From an uncultured Pseudomonadota bacterium (lineage in GTDB: Bacteria > UBA10199 > JACPAL01 > GCA-016699445), in the NCBI GenBank assembly GCA_964555055.1, contig CAZKQW010000001.1, positions 329,196-393,195 of the forward strand: a DNA stretch of 64,000 nucleotides, given 5' to 3'. Both the position numbers and the translations under genes were made by a program. The notes beneath the pieces were generated by a model. The model saw nothing but the letters and a program-made list of their open reading frames with translations. It did not search any database and was not told the origin of the DNA. Positions 50,476 to 59,052 of the stretch are shown one piece after another. Within the stretch, counting starts at the first letter, position 1; each line of letters begins with the position of its first letter.

Positions 50476-51306
50476 TCAAGGCTGAGCCAAGAGACGTAGG
50501 ATATGCTTCACTTGATCAACCATCTGGAAAGAGTACTTGGCCATCTGATCACTGATTAACCCTGAGGCCAAAAAATACATCAGAACACCTAAAACACCTC
50601 GTAGAATGAAACCCAACTCCCATACATGGATGGCTGGAGCCGCCTTATTCATGACGGCCATGACCACATCCGCAATGAAGATAGTGATCAAAATGGGGGC
50701 CGTCAGCTGTAAGGCCAAGACTAAGACATATCCCGACGTTTTCATGAAATCGTCCAACATCATCAGTACGTTCGGCTGGGCCTTAGGAAATTCCAAAATC
50801 GGCAGGAGTTCGTAGCTTTCGATCACCGCCTTCAAAAAAATCACATGTCCGCCTAAGGACAGGAAGATGGCGATGCCGAAGAGGTAGCTGAAATTCCCAA
50901 AAATCGAACTCTCCGCCGCCAAGGCCGGGATCAAAAGACGCGCCTGAGCCGCGCCGCGTTGGTTGTCCACCATCGCCCCGGCCGCTTCGAATGCATGAAA
51001 CATCAGCGAGGCCGCAAGCCCGATTGCCAACCCGTAGAACATCTCCTTCATGTAGATCATAAGCGTGAGCACCGGGGCGACGGGCACCGAGGCTTTATTT
51101 TCCGGAGCTAAGAACGGATACAAGAAGACCGTCATCGTCACGGCGAACCCCATGCGGATCATATTCGGAACAGGCTTACCGACGAGGAATGGGATGACGC
51201 TGGACATGACGATGAGACGCGCCATGATCAGGCCGCTGAACGAAATCAGGAAGCTCCAATCCGGCACGCCGACGATTTGGAAGGCTTTTTCGAAGGTATC
51301 GTGCAT
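50476..51306 (-). CDS. sctT: T3SS export-apparatus protein SctT (FliR/YscT family)
   Basis: 276-aa polytopic protein following sctR-sctS. FliR/SctT-type helices, e.g. 'AAGAMVDNQRGAAQA'. Confidence 0.85.
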   Translation of the reverse strand: MHDTFEKAFQIVGVPDWSFLISFSGLIMARLIVMSSVIPFLVGKPVPNMIRMGFAVTMTVFLYPFLAPENKASVPVAPVLTLMIYMKEMFYGLAIGLAASLMFHAFEAAGAMVDNQRGAAQARLLIPALAAESSIFGNFSYLFGIAIFLSLGGHVIFLKAVIESYELLPILEFPKAQPNVLMMLDDFMKTSGYVLVLALQLTAPILITIFIADVVMAVMNKAAPAIHVWELGFILRGVLGVLMYFLASGLISDQMAKYSFQMVDQVKHILRLLAQP

Positions 51307-51319
51307 GTTCTCTCATCAC

Positions 51320-51347
51320 TTAGTGGGACATAACGCTCTCCCACTAA
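51320..51347 (-). other. perfect 9-bp stem / 10-nt loop hairpin between sctS and sctT
   Basis: ttagtggga (51320-51328) pairs with tcccactaa (51339-51347). Located in the 80-nt sctS-sctT gap. Confidence 0.5.
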
Positions 51348-51386
51348 AACCCCTCTGAAGTTACAGAAATACGGAAATAGTTACGT

Positions 51387-51653
51387 CTATTTAATAACAG
51401 TCCCGAACGAATCCATGAGGGAGTTGGTAAAATTCACCAATTGTACCATCGTCCAAGGACCGGTGATCACCAACATGACGATGACGGCCACCAGCTTGGG
51501 CACAAAGGTCAGCGTCTGCTCCTGGATCTGTGTCGTCGCCTGGACCAAGCTGACCGCCAAACCGACCAGCATCGCCGCCATGACCGTAGGCGCCGTCAGG
51601 ATGAGGGTTAAGTACAAGGCCTGCTTCGTAATCGAGATGACGTAAGATTCCAT
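51387..51653 (-). CDS. sctS: T3SS export-apparatus protein SctS (FliQ/YscS family)
   Basis: 88 aa with two TM helices. 'LVQATTQIQEQTLTFVPKL' is the FliQ/SctS signature. Confidence 0.9.
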   Translation of the reverse strand: MESYVISITKQALYLTLILTAPTVMAAMLVGLAVSLVQATTQIQEQTLTFVPKLVAVIVMLVITGPWTMVQLVNFTNSLMDSFGTVIK

Positions 51654-51668
51654 TTTTAAATGATACTC

Positions 51669-52448
51669 CTAAACATAACCCATCACGAGACCTTTCGCGA
51701 TTAAATGCCAGCCGTCCACCATAACGAAGAGGAGCAGCTTAAACGGCAAGGCAATCGTCACTGGCGAGACTTGGAACATGCCTAACGACAATAAGATGTT
51801 CGTCACGACGATATCGACGACTAGAAATGGCATGAAGATGATGAAGCCGATTTGAAAGGCCTCCGAGAGCTCCGAGATGACGAAGGAAGGCACCAAGACC
51901 TGAAAGTCGGTTTGCAGAACGGAATCCTTATCTTCGGGCGAACGCATTTTACGGGCGAGATTAAGGAAAAGGTCCGTTTCCTTCGGGTGGGCATGCTTGG
52001 CCAGGAACTTCTTCATCGGGTCCTTGGCTTCACCCAATCCCTTCACGAGGAGGTTGACGGTTACCTGCGAGAGCAAGGGTTGGTTCGTCCCTTGTTGCAA
52101 AGTCTGCTGGGTCGATTTATAGATTTCCAGACCCACCGGCGTCATGATGTAGATCGTCATGATGAGCGCCAAGCCCGTGATGACGGTGTTCGGAGGGATT
52201 TGCTGGGTTCCCAACCCGTTGCGCACCAGCCCTAAGACGACGCTGATCTTCACGAAAGATGTCGACATCATTACGACGATCGGCAAAAGTCCCAAGCCCA
52301 CCAGAACGAAAAGCAGGACTAAGGGTTGCGATAGGCTCTGTTCGGGTTGGTTCCCGACGACGCTCGGCACGACCGCCGTCTGCGCGGATACGACCGCCGG
52401 CAAGGCGGTCAGAAAAAAGAAAAATAGAAAAGACTTAGCTTTTTTCAA
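51669..52448 (-). CDS. sctR: T3SS export-apparatus protein SctR (FliP/YscR family) with FliP-like N-terminal signal peptide
   Basis: 'MSTSFVKISVVLGLVRNGLGTQQIPPN' and 'FLVVDIVVTNILLSLGM' are FliP/SctR signatures. The N-terminus 'MKKAKSFLFFFFLTALPAVVSAQT' looks like a cleavable signal peptide. Confidence 0.9.
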   Translation of the reverse strand: MKKAKSFLFFFFLTALPAVVSAQTAVVPSVVGNQPEQSLSQPLVLLFVLVGLGLLPIVVMMSTSFVKISVVLGLVRNGLGTQQIPPNTVITGLALIMTIYIMTPVGLEIYKSTQQTLQQGTNQPLLSQVTVNLLVKGLGEAKDPMKKFLAKHAHPKETDLFLNLARKMRSPEDKDSVLQTDFQVLVPSFVISELSEAFQIGFIIFMPFLVVDIVVTNILLSLGMFQVSPVTIALPFKLLLFVMVDGWHLIAKGLVMGYV

Positions 52449-52734
52449 TGGCTCTCCCCTCTTCTTGCGGGATCTCCGCGATTAAATTCACGGACGCTTC
52501 CGAAACCCCTAAAGCCAAATAACGGCCCGACAATTTCACCAGATAGACCGAGGATTTCGCCGAAATCGGGATCCGGTCGATGACGTCCAACCAAGAATGC
52601 TTGCGCATTTTCGAGAACCTCAAGCGTGGCAACGCGTACTTGAGGAAGACGAAAGCCAAGGCGATGACGACCGCTAAGACAACCAGCATCTTAATGAACA
52701 TCCAGGTGAAATCGGGAGCCGTGGCGGTTTCCAT
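52435..52734 (-). CDS. FliO-like small single-pass membrane protein
   Basis: TM helix 'MLVVLAVVIALAFVFL', then 'LDVIDRIPISAKSSVYLVKLSGRYLALGVSEASVNLIAEI'. This follows the FliO pattern (TM, then ...V.V.gr.llLGVt...i.lL). Sits directly upstream of sctR, overlapping it by 14 nt. Confidence 0.65.
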   Translation of the reverse strand: METATAPDFTWMFIKMLVVLAVVIALAFVFLKYALPRLRFSKMRKHSWLDVIDRIPISAKSSVYLVKLSGRYLALGVSEASVNLIAEIPQEEGRAIEKS

Positions 52735-52735
52735 A

Positions 52736-53242
52736 TTATTTAAAGAGTTTCAAAACGCGCACGCCCAAGCGGCCATCCACGACGACAAGTTCGGCCTTCG
52801 CGATCACTTTTCCGGAAACGACGATATCCAAAGGATCGGCGGGTTTTCGGTCGAATTCCACGATATCTCCCGCCTTCAAATCCAAAAGATCCTTCACGGT
52901 CGCCGATTTTCGTCCCATCATCGCCGTCAATTGGACCGGAACGTCCGGCGCCAAATGTAAAACGTCCTCCGCCAAGGGTTGGCCTTGATGATCGAGAGGA
53001 ACGAGGTCTTCCGCATAGAAAGTCTCCCCTACTTCCGTAGCGTCCTCTAAAGGCAACGGGACGGAAGGGGCCGGCATTTCGTGCATGAGAGTTTTTTCCA
53101 AGCTCGAATCCGGGAACCCTTGGTCAGGCGCGATGGAAGGATCAAAGTGATTCGGATCCGGTTGCGCTTCCGAATTGAAGTCGTCGCTAAAGCCATCCAA
53201 CCCGTCAATATCATCCAAACTATAGGGATCTTTCTCGGACAT
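52736..53242 (-). CDS. SpoA-domain sorting-platform/C-ring protein (FliN / SctQ-C-like)
   Basis: C-terminal 'VPVQLTAMMGRKSATVKDLLDLKAGDIVEFDRKPADPLDIVVSGKVIAKAELVVVDGRLGVRV' is a SpoA (FliN/YscQ) domain. The N-terminus is acidic and probably disordered. Confidence 0.85.
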   Translation of the reverse strand: MSEKDPYSLDDIDGLDGFSDDFNSEAQPDPNHFDPSIAPDQGFPDSSLEKTLMHEMPAPSVPLPLEDATEVGETFYAEDLVPLDHQGQPLAEDVLHLAPDVPVQLTAMMGRKSATVKDLLDLKAGDIVEFDRKPADPLDIVVSGKVIAKAELVVVDGRLGVRVLKLFK

Positions 53243-53275
53243 AAATCTCTCCTTCGTTCATTGCCATTTCGCTGA

Positions 53276-54184
53276 TTAAAATAAAGCTTGGATAGCCTCG
53301 ACTCGAATTCTCACTTTATCGGCATCATTGACGAGAGTCCCGACGATCTCGCCATGTTGGCCTAACCCCACGCGCAAAGGAATTTTTCCAACGACTTGGC
53401 GCCCTCGAAGGCGTGCGGAGCTTTCCAATAAAATCACGTCCCCCGACTCTAACGCGTTCACGTCGCCCGCTTTTAGGGAAACGCGACCGATTTCCGCCCA
53501 GAGGGACGTCGAGACATCCTCATAATTCCGGACTCGGGCCGATAGGTATTCCCGATCCGCGGCCGTCTCCTCAACGGACTCTAAAATGGACCCTGGCACG
53601 TAAATCCTCACGAAACCCGACTTCTTGCCGAAAGTCACACGAAAATAGAGGGAAACAAAATCGGATTTTTGCGTTTGAAGACGTTCGGCCAACTCATCGC
53701 TCGAGCCATACAGAGCTTCGAGACGAAAATGAAATCTCGCCGACGTACCTGATTTCTCAAAAATCATTGCCAGAACTTTCAAAATCAAAAACGAAAGAAC
53801 ACCATCCTCGATCTCGGTCAAACCGCGCAAAGCGTTCGGTAATTCGCCAGAGCCTCCCATAAGCTTATCGACCGACCAAAAGGCCAGCAAGGGATCGATC
53901 TCGGCCACTAACTTATCGGTCGAAGGATTGAGGCCAAGAGCGGCGAAAATTCCCTGAGGCGGTAGGCGTTTCACCAAGTCTGATTGAATACACACATCAA
54001 TCTTTTCTCTTTTAATCAATACACTCTCACCGAGCTCTTTAGTGAGAAGCTGCGAAATATGCGTCGCCAATTTTTGAGAAAAACCGAGGCGCGGGAGGCA
54101 TGCTACGGCATCTTGTACGAGACGGGCGTCTTTTTGCGAATATTGGGGAAGCAGATCGAATGGGAAAGGCTTAATTTGGCTCAT
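53276..54184 (-). CDS. sctQ: sorting-platform protein SctQ (FliM/YscQ-like) with C-terminal SpoA domain
   Basis: 302 aa. C-terminal 'LWAEIGRVSLKAGDVNALESGDVILLE...IPLRVG' SpoA domain. Located between the ruler and the FliN-like gene. Confidence 0.75.
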   Translation of the reverse strand: MSQIKPFPFDLLPQYSQKDARLVQDAVACLPRLGFSQKLATHISQLLTKELGESVLIKREKIDVCIQSDLVKRLPPQGIFAALGLNPSTDKLVAEIDPLLAFWSVDKLMGGSGELPNALRGLTEIEDGVLSFLILKVLAMIFEKSGTSARFHFRLEALYGSSDELAERLQTQKSDFVSLYFRVTFGKKSGFVRIYVPGSILESVEETAADREYLSARVRNYEDVSTSLWAEIGRVSLKAGDVNALESGDVILLESSARLRGRQVVGKIPLRVGLGQHGEIVGTLVNDADKVRIRVEAIQALF

Positions 54185-54189
54185 GAATT

Positions 54190-55098
54190 TTAGGAAAATA
54201 TCACATTGAGAGACGAGACTACAATGCCTTTTTCCTCCAAACTCTTTGTAATCTCCGCCTTTTGCGACTGGAAGAGATTCCTCACCGCATCGGAGTGGGT
54301 GATGAAGGTCGCCATGACTTTTCCTTCTTTGACACGAACCCTCAAACGTAAACCTTGAAACACATTTTCCTTCAACTGCAGCTCCATCTCCTTATCCCCA
54401 TCGGTTTTCGTCATGATACGGGCGTATTGCACCACCTGGTCGAGGACGGCTTTATTCAAAGCGCGCGGCAGTTGCGCGTTTTTAACTTCGGTATTCCCCG
54501 GTGTCGTACCGGCTTGAGGCACATCGATATGAAAAGCGGTTTTATCGCTGCGCTGTGGTTTGGGCTCAGCCGCTTGGGTGCCTGCTTTGTTGGTTATAAA
54601 ACCCTTCTGTCGACGCGACTGTTGGTTCATGCCGCTTTCCGCGCTTCCGTGGCCACCCTGGCCGCTTTTACCGCCTTGACCCGATTGGCCGTTCCCTTCC
54701 CCTTGTCCTTTGCGCCCCTCCTCGCGGCCATCCGAGGATTCACGACCTACAACTTTTTTCTCCGCTTGGCGCGCGCGCGCGGCACCGTCGCCCCGGGAAT
54801 GCACATTTTTCTTCTCGTCTGAATCCTGTTCCTTCTCTTGCAACTTCTCCTGAAAGCTTTCCTTTTCCTTGCCGAACTTTTCTTGCTGAGAAGCCGCGGG
54901 TTTCACCGCTTCGCGGGTGGCCGTCGTCGCGTTCGAGAGATTGGGATTGTTATTCAACTGGAACTGCCGATCCTCCATCACCTTGTCGAAGGCGGATTTC
55001 TGGGTATTCCGATCGGAAGCGGGGTTACGCACGTCATTGCGCGCGCGAGTGACTTCGCGGTTATAGTCCCGCCGGGATTCGCCGACGCGATCACTCAT
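54190..55098 (-). CDS. sctP: needle/hook-length-control protein (SctP position) with FliK-type C-terminal domain
   Basis: Disordered Gly/Gln/Lys-rich centre ('GQGEGNGQSGQGGKSGQGGHG'). C-terminal 'EMELQLKENVFQGLRLRVRVKEGKVMATFITHSDAVRNLFQSQKAEITKSLEEKGIVVSSLNV' fits the FliK Flg_hook pattern. Confidence 0.65.
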   Translation of the reverse strand: MSDRVGESRRDYNREVTRARNDVRNPASDRNTQKSAFDKVMEDRQFQLNNNPNLSNATTATREAVKPAASQQEKFGKEKESFQEKLQEKEQDSDEKKNVHSRGDGAARARQAEKKVVGRESSDGREEGRKGQGEGNGQSGQGGKSGQGGHGSAESGMNQQSRRQKGFITNKAGTQAAEPKPQRSDKTAFHIDVPQAGTTPGNTEVKNAQLPRALNKAVLDQVVQYARIMTKTDGDKEMELQLKENVFQGLRLRVRVKEGKVMATFITHSDAVRNLFQSQKAEITKSLEEKGIVVSSLNVIFS

Positions 55099-55624
55099 AA
55101 GCGGCCGACCTTTCGTTCTGGTGGTGCTGCATGCCCTTCAGTTGATGGATGACGTTTCCGAGTTCGTCCATTTCCTTTTCCTCTTCCCTCGAAATCTCCT
55201 TCTGGATCTTCTTTCTCCAGAGGTCCTTGTGTTTTTCCATCACGCGCACTTCTTTGACCGCATCCACGTAATCGCGCTTCGCCCTCTTCAACCGGATCTC
55301 GCACTCCTCGATGTGGCGCTTTTGGTCCTCGATCTCCTTCTCTTTGTCCTTCTCGTCGTCCTCGAGCTTCCTTAAGTAGTTCATCCGGATATGGCCCTCG
55401 CGGGCTTGCGACTCGCCGGCTAAGAGCTTTTTATGCATGTCTTGACGGCATTCTTTTCTTTTGCGGATAATTTCTTCCTTTTCCTCTTCTAATTTTTTCA
55501 GCTTCTTCTTTGCGTCTTCCAGGGCTTTAAAGGCCTTCGCAAGGGCGATCTCGGCCTTCTGCTTCGCCCTCTGCTTCATGATCAAGAGGGGCTGCAGACG
55601 GTATTTGAGGAGCGCCTTTTTCAT
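55091..55624 (-). CDS. sctO: T3SS stalk protein SctO (FliJ/YscO family)
   Basis: 177-aa all-coiled-coil Lys/Glu-rich protein directly downstream of the ATPase gene. Confidence 0.7.
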   Translation of the reverse strand: MKKALLKYRLQPLLIMKQRAKQKAEIALAKAFKALEDAKKKLKKLEEEKEEIIRKRKECRQDMHKKLLAGESQAREGHIRMNYLRKLEDDEKDKEKEIEDQKRHIEECEIRLKRAKRDYVDAVKEVRVMEKHKDLWRKKIQKEISREEEKEMDELGNVIHQLKGMQHHQNERSAAYE

Positions 55625-55634
55625 GGGTTAACCC

Positions 55635-56954
55635 CTACGAGAACATGGCCTTCAGCTGGGCGACGGACTCCTCGAAGTCGATCTTTTCGTCCACGCGTTG
55701 CTTCAGGAACGTATTCACCTCTTCGATCTTCTCGATCGCGTAATCGACCTTAGGATCGCTTCCCGACTCATAGGCGCCGATCAAGATCAGGTCCCGCTCC
55801 TTTTCATAGGAAGACACAACTTCCCTCAGTTTACGCGCTGCCTCCAAGTGCTCCTCGTCCACAACGGCGCTCATGACCCGGCTGACGCTCTCCGAAACAT
55901 CGATGGCCGGGTAATGCCCGCGGCTCGCCAAATCGCGCGATAAGACGATGTGTCCGTCCAAGATGGAACGAACTTCGTCCGCCACCGGCTCGTTCATGTC
56001 GTCCCCAGAAACCAGTACCGTGTAAAATGCCGTGATAGAACCCTTGTCGGAGTTTCCGGACCTCTCAAGCAACCGCGGCAACGTGGAAAAAACCGACGGC
56101 GTAAAGCCTTGGCGCGCGGGAGGCTCTCCCACCGCCAAGCCAATCTCGCGCAGAGCGCGTGCAAAGCGCGTGACGGAGTCCATCATCAATAAAACTTTTT
56201 TTCCCCGGTCTCGGAAGTATTCCGCGATGGCCGTCGCGGCATAAGCGGCCTTAGCACGTACCAAAGAAGGCTGATCGGACGTCGAAACCACCACGACGGA
56301 CCGGCGTAATCCCTCTTCGCCGAGATCTTGCTCGAGGAAGTCCCGGAGCTCGCGACCGCGTTCTCCGATCAGCCCAATCACGTTGATGTCGGCGTCGGTG
56401 TTCCGGGCGATCATACCCATCGTCGTACTTTTGCCTACGCCTGCAGCGGCGAAAAGTCCGACGCGTTGCCCTTCTCCAGTCGTAAGTATCGCATCGATCG
56501 CTTTCACACCGACCGAAATCGGACTTTTCACGCGACGTCGTGTCAACGGGTCCGGAGGCGTGTTGTGCACCGGATAAAACTCTTGAGAGACGAGAGGACC
56601 TTTCGTATCTGTATCCATCGGGTCCCCTAAACCGTCCAAAATGCGCCCTAAAAGTTGTTCACCGACGGGAACCTTCAGACAATCTCCCGTCGAAATAACT
56701 TCGCTTCCCGGGGCGATGCCTTCGAGATTGCCCAAAGGCATGAGCAAAACCTCGTTATCGCGGAACCCTACGACTTCAGCTTTAATCTTATGAACCTGAC
56801 CGAGAGGTTCGATCATGCAGAGATCGCCCACCTTCACACCTGGAATCACGGCCTTAGCGACCAGACCGACCAGCTCCGTAACCCGACCCTTGATCTGGAC
56901 CGTCGTGGTCTGGTTGAGATTTTTCTGGTATTTTTCAAAATTGATGACGGACAT
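55635..56954 (-). CDS. sctN: T3SS ATPase SctN (FliI/YscN family)
   Basis: 'GLFAAAGVGKST' Walker A, 'VLLMMDSVTRFA' Walker B, 'GSITAFYTVLV'. Length 439 aa. Confidence 0.95.
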   Translation of the reverse strand: MSVINFEKYQKNLNQTTTVQIKGRVTELVGLVAKAVIPGVKVGDLCMIEPLGQVHKIKAEVVGFRDNEVLLMPLGNLEGIAPGSEVISTGDCLKVPVGEQLLGRILDGLGDPMDTDTKGPLVSQEFYPVHNTPPDPLTRRRVKSPISVGVKAIDAILTTGEGQRVGLFAAAGVGKSTTMGMIARNTDADINVIGLIGERGRELRDFLEQDLGEEGLRRSVVVVSTSDQPSLVRAKAAYAATAIAEYFRDRGKKVLLMMDSVTRFARALREIGLAVGEPPARQGFTPSVFSTLPRLLERSGNSDKGSITAFYTVLVSGDDMNEPVADEVRSILDGHIVLSRDLASRGHYPAIDVSESVSRVMSAVVDEEHLEAARKLREVVSSYEKERDLILIGAYESGSDPKVDYAIEKIEEVNTFLKQRVDEKIDFEESVAQLKAMFS

Positions 56955-57580
56955 TAGAGACCCAACGCGTTTCTGATGGCTTTGAGTTGTAGCTCGAGGC
57001 GGGCATCGACCGTCCCGAGCTCCGTCTCCACGATACAGCCTCCGGGGCCCACGGACTCGTCCTCACGCACGGAAATCGACCGTCTTTGATCCAGGGCACT
57101 CACCAACTCCTGCTCCCGCGCCTTCACGGTTTCCCAATCCTTCGGATGGATCTTCACGGTGATTTTCTTACCGGAAGATTCCTCGATGGTTTTCTTGATA
57201 ACTTCGACGACCGCACCCTTTTCGACGGCGCGACCGATCACTTTTTCGGCAATGTCCATCACCATACGGATGATTTGAGGTTCGGCGTCCTGGAGCATCT
57301 TTTCCTTGGCGGTCGCCGCCTCCATCAACTTCTGAGACCATGTGCCGCGGCCTTCTTCCAAGCCATCCTCGTAACCTCTTTGGCGCTCGTCTTCGTAATC
57401 ACGCTCAGCATCCTGGAGGACCTCACGGGCTTTCGCTTTAATATTTTCCGCATCCTGCTTGGCTTGACGAAGAAGAGCTGTGGCTTGATCCGCCGCCTTC
57501 ATCGCACGAAATTTCACCACGGGCCCACTGCTTAAAAGAGGTTCGAATTCCGGATCGAATTGGAGTCGCTTAATGATCAT
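56954..57580 (-). CDS. sctL: T3SS stator protein SctL (FliH/YscL family)
   Basis: 208 aa. Coiled-coil N-terminal half, then the FliH-type C-terminus 'GGCIVETELGTVDARLELQLKAI'. 1-nt overlap with sctN. Confidence 0.8.
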   Translation of the reverse strand: MIIKRLQFDPEFEPLLSSGPVVKFRAMKAADQATALLRQAKQDAENIKAKAREVLQDAERDYEDERQRGYEDGLEEGRGTWSQKLMEAATAKEKMLQDAEPQIIRMVMDIAEKVIGRAVEKGAVVEVIKKTIEESSGKKITVKIHPKDWETVKAREQELVSALDQRRSISVREDESVGPGGCIVETELGTVDARLELQLKAIRNALGL

Positions 57581-57614
57581 AAGTTTAAATTCTACACGCT
57601 TTACGTCGCTGTGG

Positions 57615-58502
57615 CTACCGGGCTTTCCAATAGCGGCGAATCCTCTTTTGGTCCGCTAAATCTACGACCGTCGCCAAGATACTTTCCCTCTCACGCTGAA
57701 GTAAGCCTTTTTGTTCCGAGCGGTTTTCAAAATAATCTCGTTTTAAGCGATATCCCATCAAAGGAGGAAATTTTTGAAAAATCCACTCCATCCATTTTTC
57801 GTCGTCGATGGAAGTAGCTTTCATGAAAACCGCTATCCCGATGTCGTGCATGATCTCATCGTGGTTTTTTTCATCTAAGGAAAGAGAGAGAATGTTTTTT
57901 TGAGCCTTCGACCGCTCAACTTCCGAAAATTTGGATCCCGGCATCTCGATCCGCCGCCGGAGATCCGTCGCCTCCTTCAGCGAGAACCGCGCGAAAAAAG
58001 GTTTCAGGATTTTATGCGGGACGCCTTGGAAGGCTTTGATAATTTCCCGAACACCCAACTCGTGGAAAAGCACTTTGAGCTCGTCTTCCTGCAGCCAGCT
58101 CATGTTTTCAAAGCCAAAACTACCTTGGGCGGGTACTTTTTCGGGCAAGTCGATTTTCCGCTCGACGAGCCTCCAGACGATCTCGGAAAGTTCCGCAGAC
58201 ATGCGACTCTCCTTTCCGGACCAACGTTCATTGACAAACTTCAAGACGCGAGGAGATTCTCCCTCTAGTTTTTCTAAAATCCATTCGGGGTGGATTTCGT
58301 TAAAAGGGGATGTTTTTGAGGATTGGGCGATCTTTAAGAGTTTCTCTTTGATTTGACGTCGAGTGAGCTTCGCGCTTGGGTTCGCGGGTTCTTGAGCCGT
58401 TGCCGTCAAGAGCTCTTCGTCGGAAGAAAATTTGAAGAGGGATCGGCCTTTTTCGCCGTCGAGAAGACAAAGGGCCGAAATCATTTCATGGCGGAGTGAC
58501 AT
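57615..58502 (-). CDS. FliG_C-like protein at the SctK/FliG position
   Basis: 'FENMSWLQEDELKVLFHELGVREIIKAFQGVPHKILKPFFARFSLKEATDLRRRIE...SEVERSKAQKNIL' resembles the FliG middle/C-terminal pattern. Sits immediately upstream of sctL. Confidence 0.5.
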   Translation of the reverse strand: MSLRHEMISALCLLDGEKGRSLFKFSSDEELLTATAQEPANPSAKLTRRQIKEKLLKIAQSSKTSPFNEIHPEWILEKLEGESPRVLKFVNERWSGKESRMSAELSEIVWRLVERKIDLPEKVPAQGSFGFENMSWLQEDELKVLFHELGVREIIKAFQGVPHKILKPFFARFSLKEATDLRRRIEMPGSKFSEVERSKAQKNILSLSLDEKNHDEIMHDIGIAVFMKATSIDDEKWMEWIFQKFPPLMGYRLKRDYFENRSEQKGLLQRERESILATVVDLADQKRIRRYWKAR

Positions 58503-58508
58503 ACGGAT

Positions 58509-59045
58509 TTAGCCGCTGGCGCCTTGTTGAAGGACCTGCTTCGTAGAGGACGCGCCGGTTTCGACGACTTTACTCGTTATCTCGAGTTGGAATACCTTTT
58601 GGCTCAAACCCGCCTGCATGGCTAGCAATTCAGCCGGCGTAAACTTCTGACCCGACGTCGCCAGGGTGATCATGTCTTCCATTTGATGCGCTCCGCGATT
58701 GACTTCCGTAAGGATGTCCATGACTTTCCCATGCGTGCGGATCTCCTGTCCTGCGCGAATTTCCGTCGGCGAAATGTCCAAGCCTTGGGCCGAAATCGCC
58801 CCGATTTTCTTCTCAGGGACTAAACCGAAAGATTCGAGAACTTGGCTGTTGAGCTTACCATGGGAAGGCGAAGAAGAGGTCGACACCGTTGTGGCTTCTA
58901 CTTGACTGGCCAAAACTTGGGCGAACGGAGATTCCTGCGTCTGCCCTACAATGGAGCCCGAGTTTTGACTGAGCCCGCCGGTCCCTGTTTCAGAGACCAT
59001 CTTTTCGGTCAGTGTGCTGGCAATTTGTGAAACAATTTCCGACAT
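58509..59045 (-). CDS. sctI: inner-rod candidate, SctI (YscI/PrgJ)-like C-terminus
   Basis: C-terminal 'ELLAMQAGLSQKVFQLEITSKVVETGASSTKQVLQQG' parallels YscI '...LMLMQWSLIRITIQEELIAKTAGRMSQNVETLSKGG'. At 178 aa it is longer than typical SctI. Confidence 0.5.
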   Translation of the reverse strand: MSEIVSQIASTLTEKMVSETGTGGLSQNSGSIVGQTQESPFAQVLASQVEATTVSTSSSPSHGKLNSQVLESFGLVPEKKIGAISAQGLDISPTEIRAGQEIRTHGKVMDILTEVNRGAHQMEDMITLATSGQKFTPAELLAMQAGLSQKVFQLEITSKVVETGASSTKQVLQQGASG

Positions 59046-59052
59046 AAAACCT

